DNA of 63,973 bases, filler included, from Perkinsus chesapeaki ATCC PRA-425 (GCA_013115145.1; 6 parts of 6 records of this genome joined end to end with filler, not necessarily neighbours in it), one strand, 5' to 3'. Positions 35,859-48,501 are shown, counted from the whole stretch's first letter. Translations and numbers: made by a program. The notes: generated by a model not told the origin, from the letters alone.

Positions 35859-36255
35859 GAGGTTGACTGCGCGGAGCTATGTTTCAGTTGTACGCATGCG
35901 TTGATCTTCCCTCCGCGCGCGCCATTTGACATGGTCCAATAGATTGAACTGTTACCAACCAGTGGAGCAGACTCTGCACTGCTGCACTGCAGGGTACCAC
36001 TGGCAGTACTGTTCCAGAAGCAAGTTAGGTTCTTCCAGTTAGTTGAGTCGAAAGCCAGTAGATTCCGCTTGGCAGATCCGTCCAGCTGCCAGTGCAACAA
36101 CCTCTTCCCCCAGAATCACGAGAGCCCGAGTTCCCTGAGCCCTAAGATCTACAATCACACTGCCTACTGTATACAGCATATGTGAAGTAGCTTCGATTTC
36201 TAGCAATGTATCAAAACCTTTTGGAAAGCAATCCAGTAATACCATCGCTCCTTAC

Positions 36256-39138
36256 TTGTTAAAGGTAAATATATAATGTTAACTACAATAGAAGCAATAG
36301 CCTGTATGCCCAAAGCACCACCGTTGGCCGAGGTAGATAAATGATATTGATCGGCGCCTATGAGACCAGAGACAGTCGACCAGTTTATCTGGAGGTACCT
36401 AAGCAGTAACAACCTCCGAACAACTCGTTTCCTTAAAGGAATCTCTGACACACTGTTGTGAAGTATCTGCACCGCTGCGAAAATTTTCGAAGGACAAGTT
36501 CGTCCTTGAGAAAGCTTTATCCCGATGCCATTGTGTCGAATCACAAGCAAAGGAAAACCGCGCCAACCTTCCTACGCGACATCTAGAGATGCGCCGACTC
36601 GGCGGTAATAATATCGATAAGCACGTAAGTGGTAGAGTTGATATTACTTAACCCATTGACACCATCGACCAACTTGCCCGACTTACTGTCCGCAAAATGA
36701 GGCCGTCGCTAGGCACATGACCGTCGGCCAAAGATACTTGTTTTTCGGTGGATCCTTCGCGTCTGGGTTTGCAAACTTATTTATAGGAACTCCGTTTTTA
36801 TCTTTTTCAAGCGACTCTCGCAGAAATAAGTACATCAAAACGAGCAGAATGGCCGAAATAACACCGATAAAATAGAAGGGGAATGATAGAGTCACACTAG
36901 CGAGGGCACCACCTGAAAAAAGGACAGCAAACCGTGACCGGGCTATCAATCGGGCGGACGTTTCATTTCTACGTGGATGGCAACTTCAATTCGGCGCACC
37001 CGACTACTAGTTGCATGTAAAATGGCAGCAATCATTGGTGGGCTACAGTATTGCTGCTCACAGCAGTAAGACTGCTGTAGATATATTTTCTCAGACTTAG
37101 AGAGCAAAGTGTTCCCCAACTCCTTAATGCACTGTGAAGCAATCATAATAACATTTAAAGTCGCGTTTGACAAGACCCCGGCAAAATGACACCATAAATT
37201 CAGCCGAAGCATCCTATTACCGACTGCAGGTCCCAGACTCTGTCCAACAACGACAAAGAGCCCCATGAATACACCATACATCTTCATATCGATCGGCCGA
37301 CTGCTATCAGTCAGATACGCCATAATGCATGGTCGAGTTCCTGAGGAGAAAGCTCGCAGGTTCGATCCCGGTGCCCTCCATTTTTACCAGCAGCAACACC
37401 GGCCATTGCTCGAAAGCCAGCAAAACTTGCTATGTCCCAAGCGACTGCCATCAGGAACTGCGCAACAGTGTAAATCGTCATCGCTGCGAGAAATACTGGA
37501 CGACGACCAAGTCTGAGGAATATTCAGAGATAAGTCTCGCGGACGACCCATTCAGAAATACGAGTGTCTTCTCTACAGTATTCGGCCTCGCCAACTCGAC
37601 TATATAATGTGCTGAATTATAGAGCGAAAAATATCGCTCGAAATTTCCTCCGTCAATTCCCCCGCGCTACATAGGGCCAGCATGCTCACATAGGGCACGC
37701 CACATTATTACTGAATACAGTTGCTCCCGACGTCGAGATTTCAAAACTAACATTGGAATACGGTAAAGCTTCAAGCTGGAAATTTGCAGTGCATGTCGGT
37801 GGATACAGTTAGTTGCGGGAACAAGTACATTTGCATCACAAGACCGTCTAGCATTGAACCAGCTACGAACTGCGCCCAAATCGACAGCCTTATAACCGAA
37901 TTAAACAGCGACCCTGCTCCTCCTAGAAGGCATTCCACATTTCAGAAGCTCGCATACTAGAGTACTGCGGGGGGAAGCACTACACTAGTGCATGCAATAA
38001 CACATACTGTAGCTCCACCGAGAAAAATGTGAATTTTCCCACTCCCTCTCGGAGCACTGTATTAATACCTATCACTCAGCGGTCCAGTTACCAAGGAGGC
38101 TATGAAGGTACCAACAGCATAGGCAGCCATCAATATAGAAGCCGCAGTGCCTTGGTTCATATCTGGAGCCAGATCTTCGATATACCTTGAGGAGGATAAG
38201 GCAAGAAATATGAACATAGAGCGTGTATCGATGTGCTTGATTTTGTCCATTCCAGACGCAAGATTACGGTGTTCCGAGATAGAGGTAAACGTATAGGAAT
38301 ATCGCAGGAAAAGGAAATAATGAAGGAATTCCCTCACGCATGAGGAAATATCTTACTAGCATTGTCATAATCGATCACGAACCACTAGGCTCAGAGTTGG
38401 TGAGTTCGATAGAGAGTATGTTTCTGAAGTGAGGGAACCGTTGAATCCCGCTAGGAACCTTCGATGCTATCGACATCAAGTTTGCGAAGTTTTCAGGGCT
38501 GACTGGCCTTCTCGCGAAATTCCATCATAAACTGCTCCAGAACTCGCCCTGGGGCCTCGAGCGGCCGAACGAAGGCCTTGGCGAACAAGATCATCATAGT
38601 GTTCCGAGTAACGTTACGTTTGAACGTTCTGATCAAAAGAGATGCTCGCGAGACTCGTAATACGTTTCAGAGCTTGCCAAAAGACTTTATAAAAATCCTA
38701 CAAAAGCGTATAAGAAATGGTAAAATTATGGTAACTTGGCCGAGCCCTCCTTGAAAAAAATCGTCCAGTCGAAACCGCGAAATAAGCCTGAAGTTAAATG
38801 CATTGCAATGAAAGCCTCTAAGACCTGAAGGCCCATGAACATACTAATACGGCCGAGTGTCCGACGTTCAATAATACGATATTCAACTAGCAGCGACGCC
38901 CCCCCGATCCCCACTACTACCATGGCGTCACAGGTGCCAACAGCGTACTTCCCAGCCACTCAATAAAGATGCTGAAGAATATCATAGCCAGATCCAGCAC
39001 TCTTCTGGGTCTGTATTTGAGCCGATATATGAGCCGTCTCCAATAACCTAGTTTATAGTATTCCGCGGGTGGTAAAGGACCGTCACTGCCGCCGTCAGGA
39101 ATTGGTAGGATTTTCCGGTAGGATTTGCATTTCAGCAT
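36256..39138 (-). CDS. MFS transporter paralog 1 (DHA1/Tet-like), exons 1-6; 3' exons missing at the contig edge
   Basis: Motif D1 LLAPVTPWY, motif A GPLSDR|LGRRP, motif B FRAMAG and antiporter motif C VGQSLGPAVG|G; GT-AG introns at the same positions as in paralogs 3 and 4. Confidence 0.9.
36573..36621 (+). repeat. Dispersed repeat, copy 1 of 3 (partial)
   Basis: TACGCGACATCTAGAGATGCG...AATATCGATAAG is shared with 47861-47970 and 52229-52339. Confidence 0.7.
37356..37385 (+). pseudogene. tRNA-Ala-like 3' fragment + oligo-T, antisense within the 47-nt intron 3 of MFS paralog 1
   Basis: GCAGG TTCGATC CCGGT GCCCTCC A TTTTT is in exact tRNA register (positions 49-73) with the U70-C71-C72-A73 end typical of tRNA-Ala. 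Confidence 0.65.
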
Positions 39139-39999
39139 CGAAAATGATGCAAAAGGAATTTAGTAACAGAAACTGCAAAAATAAATACAATAACCGAATG
39201 ATGATGAAAATCGGACTGCCTAAAGTTCAAGTATCCCTCTTCCCTCAAGTACATGTTTTGGTCGAGCGAGTCCAGATATGATAGACATTCTTGCAGATAC
39301 TACCTTGCTAGAGCAAAAAAACGTTAAAGCCTTCTTTCTGAGACCTTGCAGTGTTTCTCAGTCACTTTCCAAAAGCGTCAAATTACCACACTCGCCTTCT
39401 TAGCACGACGCCAAGTATTTATCAGAATTCACTCAGAAGTTTCTCTTCGAATGGCAATGATTTTGAAACTAGTACTTGCCGAAAATCAATACCAGATTTC
39501 AGATTGAGCTCCTATCCTGTTATATTATAAGTAACTCAATGGTAATGGTTCCCCATGGTAAAATTCCATCCTCCATTCGGATGAGGCGTCATTATGGCTA
39601 ATCGATGGTCATAAAAGTTCGCATTCTTAGCCGAGCCTTCAGCATGAAGGGCAAAGCCCGTCATGTGAAAGGTATAATGATTACCCCATAGTTCCGACGA
39701 GCTCGAAGCTGCTCGGCCCTCCCTACTTGTATCAACCCAACTCGGCAGCTTTCCCACAGGAAACAACGAATGTAGATAACACGCAACAGCGACACGGCCT
39801 CAAAACAGAGGCTTTCTAAGACTGGTGAAGATGCGAGAAACGTCCAAGTCGACGTGAGTGGTACTTACAGTACTGAAGGATACTTTGCTAAATGCGCAAC
39901 AGCTAGACATATTTCTGGGACCGGTTTTCGGCCCGAGTGCGTTTGATACTGTTATAGCTCTTCTAAGATGGAGTGAACGAGAAGCTTGGAAAGATCGTT

Positions 40000-42938
40000 T
40001 TAAGCTTGTCCGGCCACGTCACTATTACAAGCGGACTCATCATCAGTAGACCCTTCCGTCATAGCCTTTTTGTTGAGGTGTTGTTGATACCTGATGCCGA
40101 CGGCCATACCGATACCTGTTAAGAGAAGAAACCAGTCTGATGGACGAGAAATGGTGAATTAAAATGCAGCTTTATTTCATTCCAAGGTGACCAACACGTA
40201 AACCCTGAAAACCTTCTATTATATTACAAAACCGCACTGTTTACTCATCTTCAACAACGTATTCTAAATCACACTCGGCGAACCTTCTGTGCGTTCCAAT
40301 CAGAAAGCGTGATTGAAAAAAATGGCAATCGATCTCGAATGGAAAAACAAGTCTGACTATGCAGCAGCCATTCTGATCATTCGAACTATTAACACCTTAA
40401 ATTCGCGGCGCGCGCTTCGCCGTTCGAGATTGTGAATAGTTTCCCGGAAGCTTACAAGTGATAACGCCAAGACAGGATATTCCAACAGAAAGATAGAACG
40501 GATCTGCGGGATCCATATCGTAGAGATTTCCGGCAGCGAAAGGCCCGAAGACTCCACCTGAAACCAACAAGTGAGCCATGGCAGTCACGGGCGTCGAGAG
40601 GCTACTACCAGAGTTGGCAGAGGCCATTATTATTGAATTAACAAGGCCTCTGGTTTTCGGAGGACATATCATCGTAGAGAAGTAGGCCATGCCAGCAAAG
40701 TACAACCCGACTGAGGTGAAATGAGTTAGCTCGGCGAGCAGAGAACCACGTTTAACAAGCAAACGACCCAGGTTCGAATCCCAGCACTTTCAAAACACGC
40801 AGCAATCGCTATCGGGCATTCGTTTACTACTGATAGACGAGATATGCTTACCTCCTCCCTGAATAGCCATACCCAAGAAGATAACTCCGACGAGATTGTC
40901 AATAAAGGGGACTACGACGATCAGACAGGAGATGGCGTAACCTATGCTGGCTAGCAGTGCGGGCTCTATCAGACCTGATCAGAACTTAAATCAATAGAGC
41001 TTATCTTAAACACCAAAAGATGTTAATTTTAAAGCAAATATAGATATTAACTTTGTATCAACATCAGAAGAATCTTTTGACTTCGAATATCTTTATGAGT
41101 TCAACATCTTTTCAAAGGATGTTGCACATAAACTCACGTAGATGTGTTACACTTATAATTCTATCAAAACTATTAATTCTATATTTCTATATACTGCATG
41201 ATATAGAATTCTCTTACAGGTCGAATGTACGTTAAAACAGCAAGGAGATGCTTACGTGTGAGAGGGACATAAATGACGTTTACAAAGATGGTAGCAATAA
41301 CTTCAATACTGAGGACACCTCCATTTTGTGAGGGGTTCAGATGGTATTGCTCAGACCCCAGCAGACCGAAGACAGTCGACCAATTGATTTCCAGGTACCT
41401 TACGTGAAGCTATCAGAGGGAACGTTCTCGAGGAAGTGCTTACTGTCCTGAGAATGCCGCGAGAGACATACACATAACAGTCGGTATAAGATATTTATTT
41501 TTCGCCATGTCACATTGTCCTTCACAACCAACCTTACGAATCGGCATACCGTTCTCGTCCTTAATTAGAGACTCGGTAAGGAAGAGAAGTAGTAATATAA
41601 CCAAAACGGCACCGAGGACGCCGACGAAGTAAAATGGGAACGACAAAGTTATCTCGGCCAACGCTCCGCCTGACACGACGAATCTTTGCCGAACCGAGGA
41701 TGAGTTGAAGCCTACCTATGCTGGGACCAATGGCCTGTCCAACGACAATACAGAGACCAAAGAATACACCGTACATTTTCATGTCAACGGCTCGACTACT
41801 GTCGATCATATACGACATGATAACCGGACGAGTACCTACGGGAGAAGTGCTTCGGTGTGGAGGAAGACGTCATTGATCTCGTAATGGTGTGCCCCAAAAC
41901 TACTGGACACAGAAGACTACGGTCACGATAGAAATGGTAACTATATCCCACTAACTAGTTTCCCACTGACTTCATCATCCCAAGTGAACATTCCCGATGA
42001 GCAAATTAAATCGCATTTTCACGGACCCTGTATTGGCTTACCGGCGGCAACACCGCCCATCGCACGGAACCCGGCAAAACTGCCCAGGTCCCACGAGTTG
42101 GCCACTAGGAATTGGGAGACCATAAAGATGGTCATAGCCAGGATGATGACTGGTCGACGACCGATTCTGTCCGATAGTGGACCGGTAACCAATGATGAAC
42201 AGAATGTACCAATAGCATAGGACGCCATTATTATCGAGGCGGCGGTGCCTTGGTCCATATTAGGAGCCAGATTTGCAACGTACCTGATAGTAATGAGGTT
42301 ATCTCTACAACGTCGAATTCCTACTCCCAAGGGGAGCTAGCTTGGGACAGAGGCTTTGACGGTGAGTAGGACTAAGTCGCGATCTAGCAGCTCTATGAAG
42401 GCAAATTCCGACCCTTGGAATCTTGAAGTGCGTTTATGGTACAGCCATGCAAATGGCTCAGTTAGAGCATCCGTTCCATGTGCAACTTCCGAGAGGGTAT
42501 AACACCTACACTATTATCGGCAAGGAACGGTTCACAGAAGAAATAATAATTTAGGGAGTGATCCGTGAAACCAGCGATACGAAACCGCAATGAACACAAC
42601 GTCGATAAATTTCACCAGTAAACAAGACTGATGAACAAACAGATCAAGTGTTAGATCAGTTCTAACACTACCAAGATGCAAGAGAGGAACTCCCCTGACC
42701 GTGACATCCACAGATGCAGACAGACGTACCATGGAGTCATAGGAGCAAGCATAGTGTTTGCCATCCATTCGATAAGTAGACTCCCAAACAAAAGTATGAG
42801 GTCCACAATACGCCTAGGGTGATACCGAAGCCTATAAACAAGACGACGTGTCGGACTGAGATTGTAGTAGTCGTCCGCCGACAGAGGGCCTTGTCGGGGA
42901 TGGTCGGGGATGAGCAAGATATTCTTCCAAGCGGCCAT
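40000..42938 (-). CDS. MFS transporter paralog 2 (DHA1/Tet-like), complete, 9 exons
   Basis: Starts MAAWKNILL; GPLSDRIGRRP is uninterrupted; motif C VGQAIGPSIG; 12 hydrophobic segments; last exon IGMAVGIRYQQHLNKKAMTEGSTDDESACNSDVAGQA*. Confidence 0.9.
40718..40792 (+). pseudogene. Degenerate full-length tRNA-like sequence, antisense in intron 7 of MFS paralog 2
   Basis: 75 nt with an A-box-like TAGCTCGGCGAG, B-box GGTTCGAATCC and partial acceptor pairing GAAA/TTTC + A. The anticodon and T stems are imperfect. Confidence 0.5.
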
Positions 42939-43422
42939 ACTAGCAAAAATGCAAATGATCTGAACTAATGTTAAAATAACACTGGAAATCTCGAAGAGAG
43001 TTCTGGTCGATTTTCTCTCAGTCTCGAAGTGGCGGGGCGAATTGGAAGAGATCAACGGCCGTGAAGTCGCAGCTGGTGGGAAGTACAACCCAAGATTCGT
43101 GAAAATCGTGGCAAAATTCGGACGCTAGCGTATCCCGTCTACGGGCCCCGAGTGACAAAATTTGCACAAAAAACCGGCTGTCCCATCCTAGGGGACAGCG
43201 AGACACAGCCGATTGTGTGCTGACTGACTGGCAGAGGACAACACTTTACGGCTGCTCCTGCTAGATGATGCTCTAAAATGTATACGCACCGAGGACATGA
43301 CCATGTACAAAGGCAATCTATCGGCACGACCGGATTGTAACGATGACTTCGTGAGTGTTATATGGGACGGAAGAGCCATCTGGCCTTGCAGTTCAGAAAG
43401 TGTTGCTACTGCCGAGGTGATG

Positions 43423-43577
43423 CAATGGTAAATTACCATTCAATGGTAATTTCATTACAATTCATTACCACTCAATGGTAATGACATTACCATTCATTAC
43501 CATTCAATGGTAATTTCATTACCATTAACATATTTCCCAGCGAAATTACCATTGGTAATTTCGCTGGGAAATATGTT
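43423..43577. repeat. Iterated inverted/direct array of TTACCATT/AATGGTAA ending in a perfect 25-bp-arm palindrome
   Basis: Repeated TTACCATT C AATGGTAA units; AACATATTTCCCAGCGAAATTACCA T TGGTAATTTCGCTGGGAAATATGTT (43527-43577). Confidence 0.9.
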
Positions 43578-43945
43578 CCTGGAATACAAGGGAACGTCGA
43601 ACGCATTCCTCCGGGGCCTAGAATTCGGTGTTACTTCATGAATCCCTGCACGGCTGGACAACGGCTAGAAAAGTAACCTTACTCGATTCACAAAATAGCA
43701 GGGCTGGCTTTTACTTCACCAGGGCAACACAAAACATGTTAACTGTGAGCAAGAAAGAGTATATAAATCTGACCAACTCAACGTAGGGGAAATTGCCGCT
43801 GTGAAACCACAGCACTAAATGGGATAGGTAACAACCTACAAACTAGTCATCCAAACAGGAGACCGAGTTGGACCGGCAAAAGGGAGTTCAAAACTGGAAT
43901 ACTCAAACGGATCTCGTAAGCGTCACAATAACATAAGTTTGAGAG

Positions 43946-46900
43946 TCACTGTGTTGACGGCAGTGATGCAACCGTGTCATGATCGCTATCAGTTGGTAGC
44001 ACTGTCGGGGTTACTTGGTCCTGCTCCACTAGGTGAAACAAGCTCATCTGGTACTTGATTCCGAAGTAGATGCCGATACCTGAAACGGTCGTGCCGAAAG
44101 TGACATGGTTCATGTCACATGAAGCGAGCCCATATTCCGGGAAGGTACTCGTGTTCCCTATCAAGTAACAAGCCACACAATCGGAAGAATCCGAAACTAC
44201 CGCTCCTTCGGCTCCTGGACCTGGGTGAATGTCACGCACGCATGCACACTGTATGCCGTGTCACATTTTCGAGTGCAACTAAGAGCCGGCTTCGGTAGTT
44301 ATTCATTACTCCAGGGGAGAGTGAGATGGTGATGATCTTATCATTTTTCAGAGCTGGTAATTTCCGTGCTATAAGGCTCACGTTCCCACTGTACAAGTAG
44401 TTCTCGATTGGCAGTTCAAAAATTATCCCCAACAAATACGATTTAGATTCCCAGCAAACGAGCGTACATGCAACCGAGCCCGTCGCCGAAAGCGAGATAC
44501 TAAAGTAGAATGGATCGAGCAAACCGATATCGTATAGATCGCCAGCCACAAGCGGCCCCACTATACCACCTGAAGAGAAATGCACATCTGTGAGCGAAGC
44601 GAAGCAGACAGGCTGCTGACTTACCAACATTTGAAGACGCCATCACACACGAATTGATGAGGCCTCTCTTCTTTGGAGGAGCAATCACCGAATTGTAATA
44701 TGCTTGTCCGGCAAAGTATAGGGACGCTAAAACAGACATAAATGGTGAAAAGCCTAGCCAACGGTGAAAAACAGAAATAACGCAGCGTTGGCATAATGCC
44801 TACGGGGGGATAGAATGATGCGCAGACGCGCTCACAGTTGGCGCATTCCATCTCGCTTTAGCCTCCGTCTCTCAGGCCGACGGCTCATTACACGAAATCA
44901 GGTCAGTTCCACGTCGTTTCGTTCGTAGGCAAGGATGTGGCGGCTTTCATGCATTTGCTTTTCAAAATCGAATAATTTACTGTATAGTTTTCTTTACGCA
45001 ATAATGACGTGTACTGTCATTATTTCACAAGAAATGGTTAAAGCTTCCAATCAACGCCATTTAACTGAAGATGCGCCTCGACATTTCAAAAACCGGTGTG
45101 CATAGAACGGAAACACTTTCACGGCCATAAAGGCTATTTACTAATTTCCGGCAAGGGCGGGCAGGACACGTAACTCACTTCCGACTTGCATGAAGACGCC
45201 CAACAGTATAACGGCGGTGATGCTATGAACAAATGGCACACCAATGATGACCATCGAAATGATCATACCAGTGCTGCCCAGAATAGCGGCTGGAACGAAA
45301 CCTGAAAGAAACAAGCTCGACGCAAAAGAGAGGACGGAGGTGTCGTCTCTCTGCCTCGTGGCTGATCAACAGATCCGCGCGTGTGTAATTCATCGATGAC
45401 TCACGCAGGTGTATTGACCATGTCGACCATTATAACCATGTATTGGATATACGTATAATATAAAGAATATTACTCTGGTGATTTCTAGTGGATTTTGTTT
45501 TATATTTTAATTCGTTTAGTTTTGTGGATTACCTACTTGTGCTAGCACGTCAAGCATGCGGAAAATTTTGCAGCGGCTGTCGGGCATTCCCACCGAATTC
45601 GCCGACCAAAAGCGGACTGCTGCTCATTTCCTACCATGCTCTTATGCCTATGTTGTCACGGTAATCCGCTGATCCTGATTTTCACGAGGCTATCAAGTAT
45701 TGGAGATCGGAAAGTGGTCGATTCTGCAGGGTGACCCTGCAGAATCGACCATGCCAATTTGAATGAATTAGACCCTGCCAGGGTCTATAATGACTCACGA
45801 GTAAGTGGGAGATAGAACAGGTTCGTCACAATTGTGCCAACTGCTTGCACGCCGAGGGCAGCTCCGTTCTGTGAGGTGGATAGGTTGTAATCATCCACAC
45901 CAATGAGACCAAAGACCGTTTGCCAGTTGATTCCGAGGGTCCTGAAAGAAGTTAGAAATTGATATTCGGAAGAGGCGCATCCCTAACCAAACGCCACAGT
46001 GTCCAACTTGGACCCAACAAGGGTCGGAAACGACAAGGAATTTCCAAGAGAGCTGCTACGAGGCGTAACAGCTTGATTTGTTTTGATCCACAGTTCGCTT
46101 GATTAATGATGTCGTCGGAGCCTACCGCGAAATCATTTATCAGGCGAACAGTCCCACTTGCAACCCTCAAAGCTAGGGTACTCTACATTTCGTGAACTTC
46201 ATTCAATGAACGTCTACGGTGCGCAACCGAGCGAGGGAATGCGTTCCTCGAGCAACGCATGTCCAGTAGGGCTGTCACACCGACAATATTTATCCGCTTA
46301 CTTGCTTTAATTTTTCACCATTCAGTTCAAAAATGTTCAGTGGGCCAAGACGAACCAAATTATTCAATCGGATATAATTTAGATGACGAAAGACGTGCTT
46401 ACTGTCCGCAAAATGACGCAAGTGCCAAACACATAACTGTGGGCACAAGGAATCTGTTCTCCGGCGGATCTTTCGAGCTCACCCCGGCCGGTCTGATGGG
46501 CTTGCCGTCCTCGTCTTTGACCAGAGATTCTCGTAGAAACAGAAACATGAGAATCAACAGGATTGCGGCGACCACACCAATGAAGTAGAACGGGAAGGAA
46601 AGAGAAACACTGGCGAGGGCGCCGCCTGAGGAAACTATACTGGTCACAATGTAGCAGGCGGAGCGACGCGAATTTCATTATAGCGATGTGGTAGGATTTT
46701 CTTACCAATTATTGGGCCTATACTTCGACCAATTACAACTGATAGCCCTAACATGGCACCATACATCTTCATATCGATAGGTCTACTGCTGTCGATTAAG
46801 AATGCCATAATCACTGGTCGGCTACCTAAACGTGGGGGGGCGCAAAATAGAAAGAGTTAAACTTTAGTTCTTTCCATGATTTCAAGAAAGCCTCGGTTCG

Positions 46901-47799
46901 CTATATGTTACCAGCAGCAACTCCACCGATTGCACGGAAGACTGCGAAAGTTGTCAGATTCCACGCGTTCGCCACTAGAAATTGAGCCACTGTGTAGATG
47001 GTCATACCGGCAAGAAATACAGGTCGTCGGCCCAACCTGACTAGCACATGTGTTACCCTCAGCAAGGGCGGCGCTTTTGATTAGATCACCTGTCAGATAG
47101 GGGTCCGGTTATGAGAGAAGCAATGAAGGTGCCGACGGCATAGGACGCCATAAGAATGGACGCAGCAGTGCCCTGGTTCATGTCAGGAGCTAACTTCTCA
47201 ACATACCTGTATGCAGCAAACAATACAAACACTGTGGATCTTTGGCTACATGGATGGAGATCTGTCACAGATCATCTGTGGTCAACTGATCAAGGCTATT
47301 GTTAGGTAATTAAGTTCCATGTGTGATACGCAGCATAAGGCTTTTCGGCACTATCGGAATGAACCGTACTATAGTATTACTATAGTACGGTAATATTGTA
47401 CTATAAAAGTACAGTAACTACTCATCATTATTCATTTCGAAAGCGAGGCTTGGGCCCCAAATTGCGGTCTAGAACCAGCAGTCTATATGAGTACGCCTGG
47501 TGCTTAGCAATGAGTTTATTGTCTAACGCCGGAGATGGCTTAGTTACATTATAACCGGACAATGAAAGCGCCGCGATGTCTCACCATGGCGTAACGGGTG
47601 CCAGAAGTGTACTTCCAAGCCACTCCAGGAAAATACTGAAGAACAGCATGGTGAGATCGACTACTCTTCTTGGGCGATATTTAAGACGATAGACGAGCCT
47701 CTTCCAGTGATTGAGGTTGTAATACTGTGAAGGAGGCAAAGGACCATCACTCCCTCTATCAGGAAGTGGTAATATCTTTCTAGAGGGCAAGCAAGCCAT
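43946..47799 (-). CDS. MFS transporter paralog 3 (DHA1/Tet-like), complete, 10 exons
   Basis: Starts MACLPSRKIL; GPLSDR|LGRRP; IGRSIGPIIG; RGLINSCVMASSNVG|GIVGPLVAG; last exon ends ...ASLPSTQ*. Confidence 0.9.
45715..45751. repeat. Perfect palindrome, 18-bp arms, 1-nt centre (intron 6 of MFS paralog 3)
   Basis: TGGTCGATTCTGCAGGGT G ACCCTGCAGAATCGACCA; a second one with 9-bp arms lies at 45769-45787. Confidence 0.92.
47259..47280. repeat. 22-nt zig-zag scar (inferred TSD GATCTGTG) in intron 1 of MFS paralog 3
   Basis: G ATCTGT C ACAGAT C ATCTGT G, perfect. Confidence 0.75.
47363..47391. repeat. Perfect palindrome, 14-bp arms, 1-nt centre
   Basis: ACCGTACTATAGTA T TACTATAGTACGGT. Confidence 0.9.
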
Positions 47800-47860
47800 T
47801 AAAATAATGTACAACTAGGAACACAGGAGATACTTCGAACGAGTAATATGTTCATAGATA

Positions 47861-47970
47861 TACAGTACGCGACATCTAGAAATGCGAGGCTTGGACAGCC
47901 AAAAATATCGATAAGAAACGCGAGTTTCGAGCTTATTCTTCTTTTGTTGAATTCTTCGCACTCGATTACC
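47861..47970 (+). repeat. Dispersed repeat, copy 2 of 3; begins TA|CAGT like a Tc1/mariner end
   Basis: Aligns by eye over about 110 nt with 52229-52339. Confidence 0.7.
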
Positions 47971-48261
47971 CCCCAAAAAAATTCTAAAAATTTGCCTAAA
48001 ATTTTTTGCCATTTATCGTGCTGTTGCGCGACTGGTGTAGTAGATATATAAATAAGTAAAACAATATACATTACTTTTTACTAAAAAGTTTCAAGCCGTG
48101 GCGATCAGATTGTTAGAGGCGATGGCAGTGGCGGATTCTGTAATGGCAGTACCTTGGCCGTGGCACGTTCACCATACCTTGCATACTTCTTGAAGTTCTT
48201 GCTATTCCTTACTGTAATTGAAATAGCTGTGACAGGAAGTTGAAAATTATATTGATATCCG

Positions 48262-48501
48262 GTATTGGTGATACTAGGCTATCCTGCATTGGTGATACTA
48301 GGCTATCCTGTATTGGTGATACTAGGCTTTTCTGTATTGGTGATACTAGGCTATCCTGCATTGGTGATACTAGGCTATCCTGTATTGGTGATACTAGGCT
48401 ATCCTGTATTGGTGATACTAGGCTATCCTGTATTGGTGATACTGGGCTATCCTGTATTGGTGATACTAGGCTATCCTGTATTGGTGATACTAGGCTATCC
48501 T
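48262..48501. repeat. Minisatellite, 24-bp unit x10
   Basis: Unit GTATTGGTGATACTAGGCTATCCT with few variants. Confidence 0.97.

Noticed and set aside
47037-47089. CTAATCAAA/AGCGCC words in MFS paralog 3 intron 2 as the seed of the 27-bp minisatellite in the homologous intron of paralog 4
   Set aside because: The words are short, in the opposite orientation and in a different order; not distinguishable from chance.
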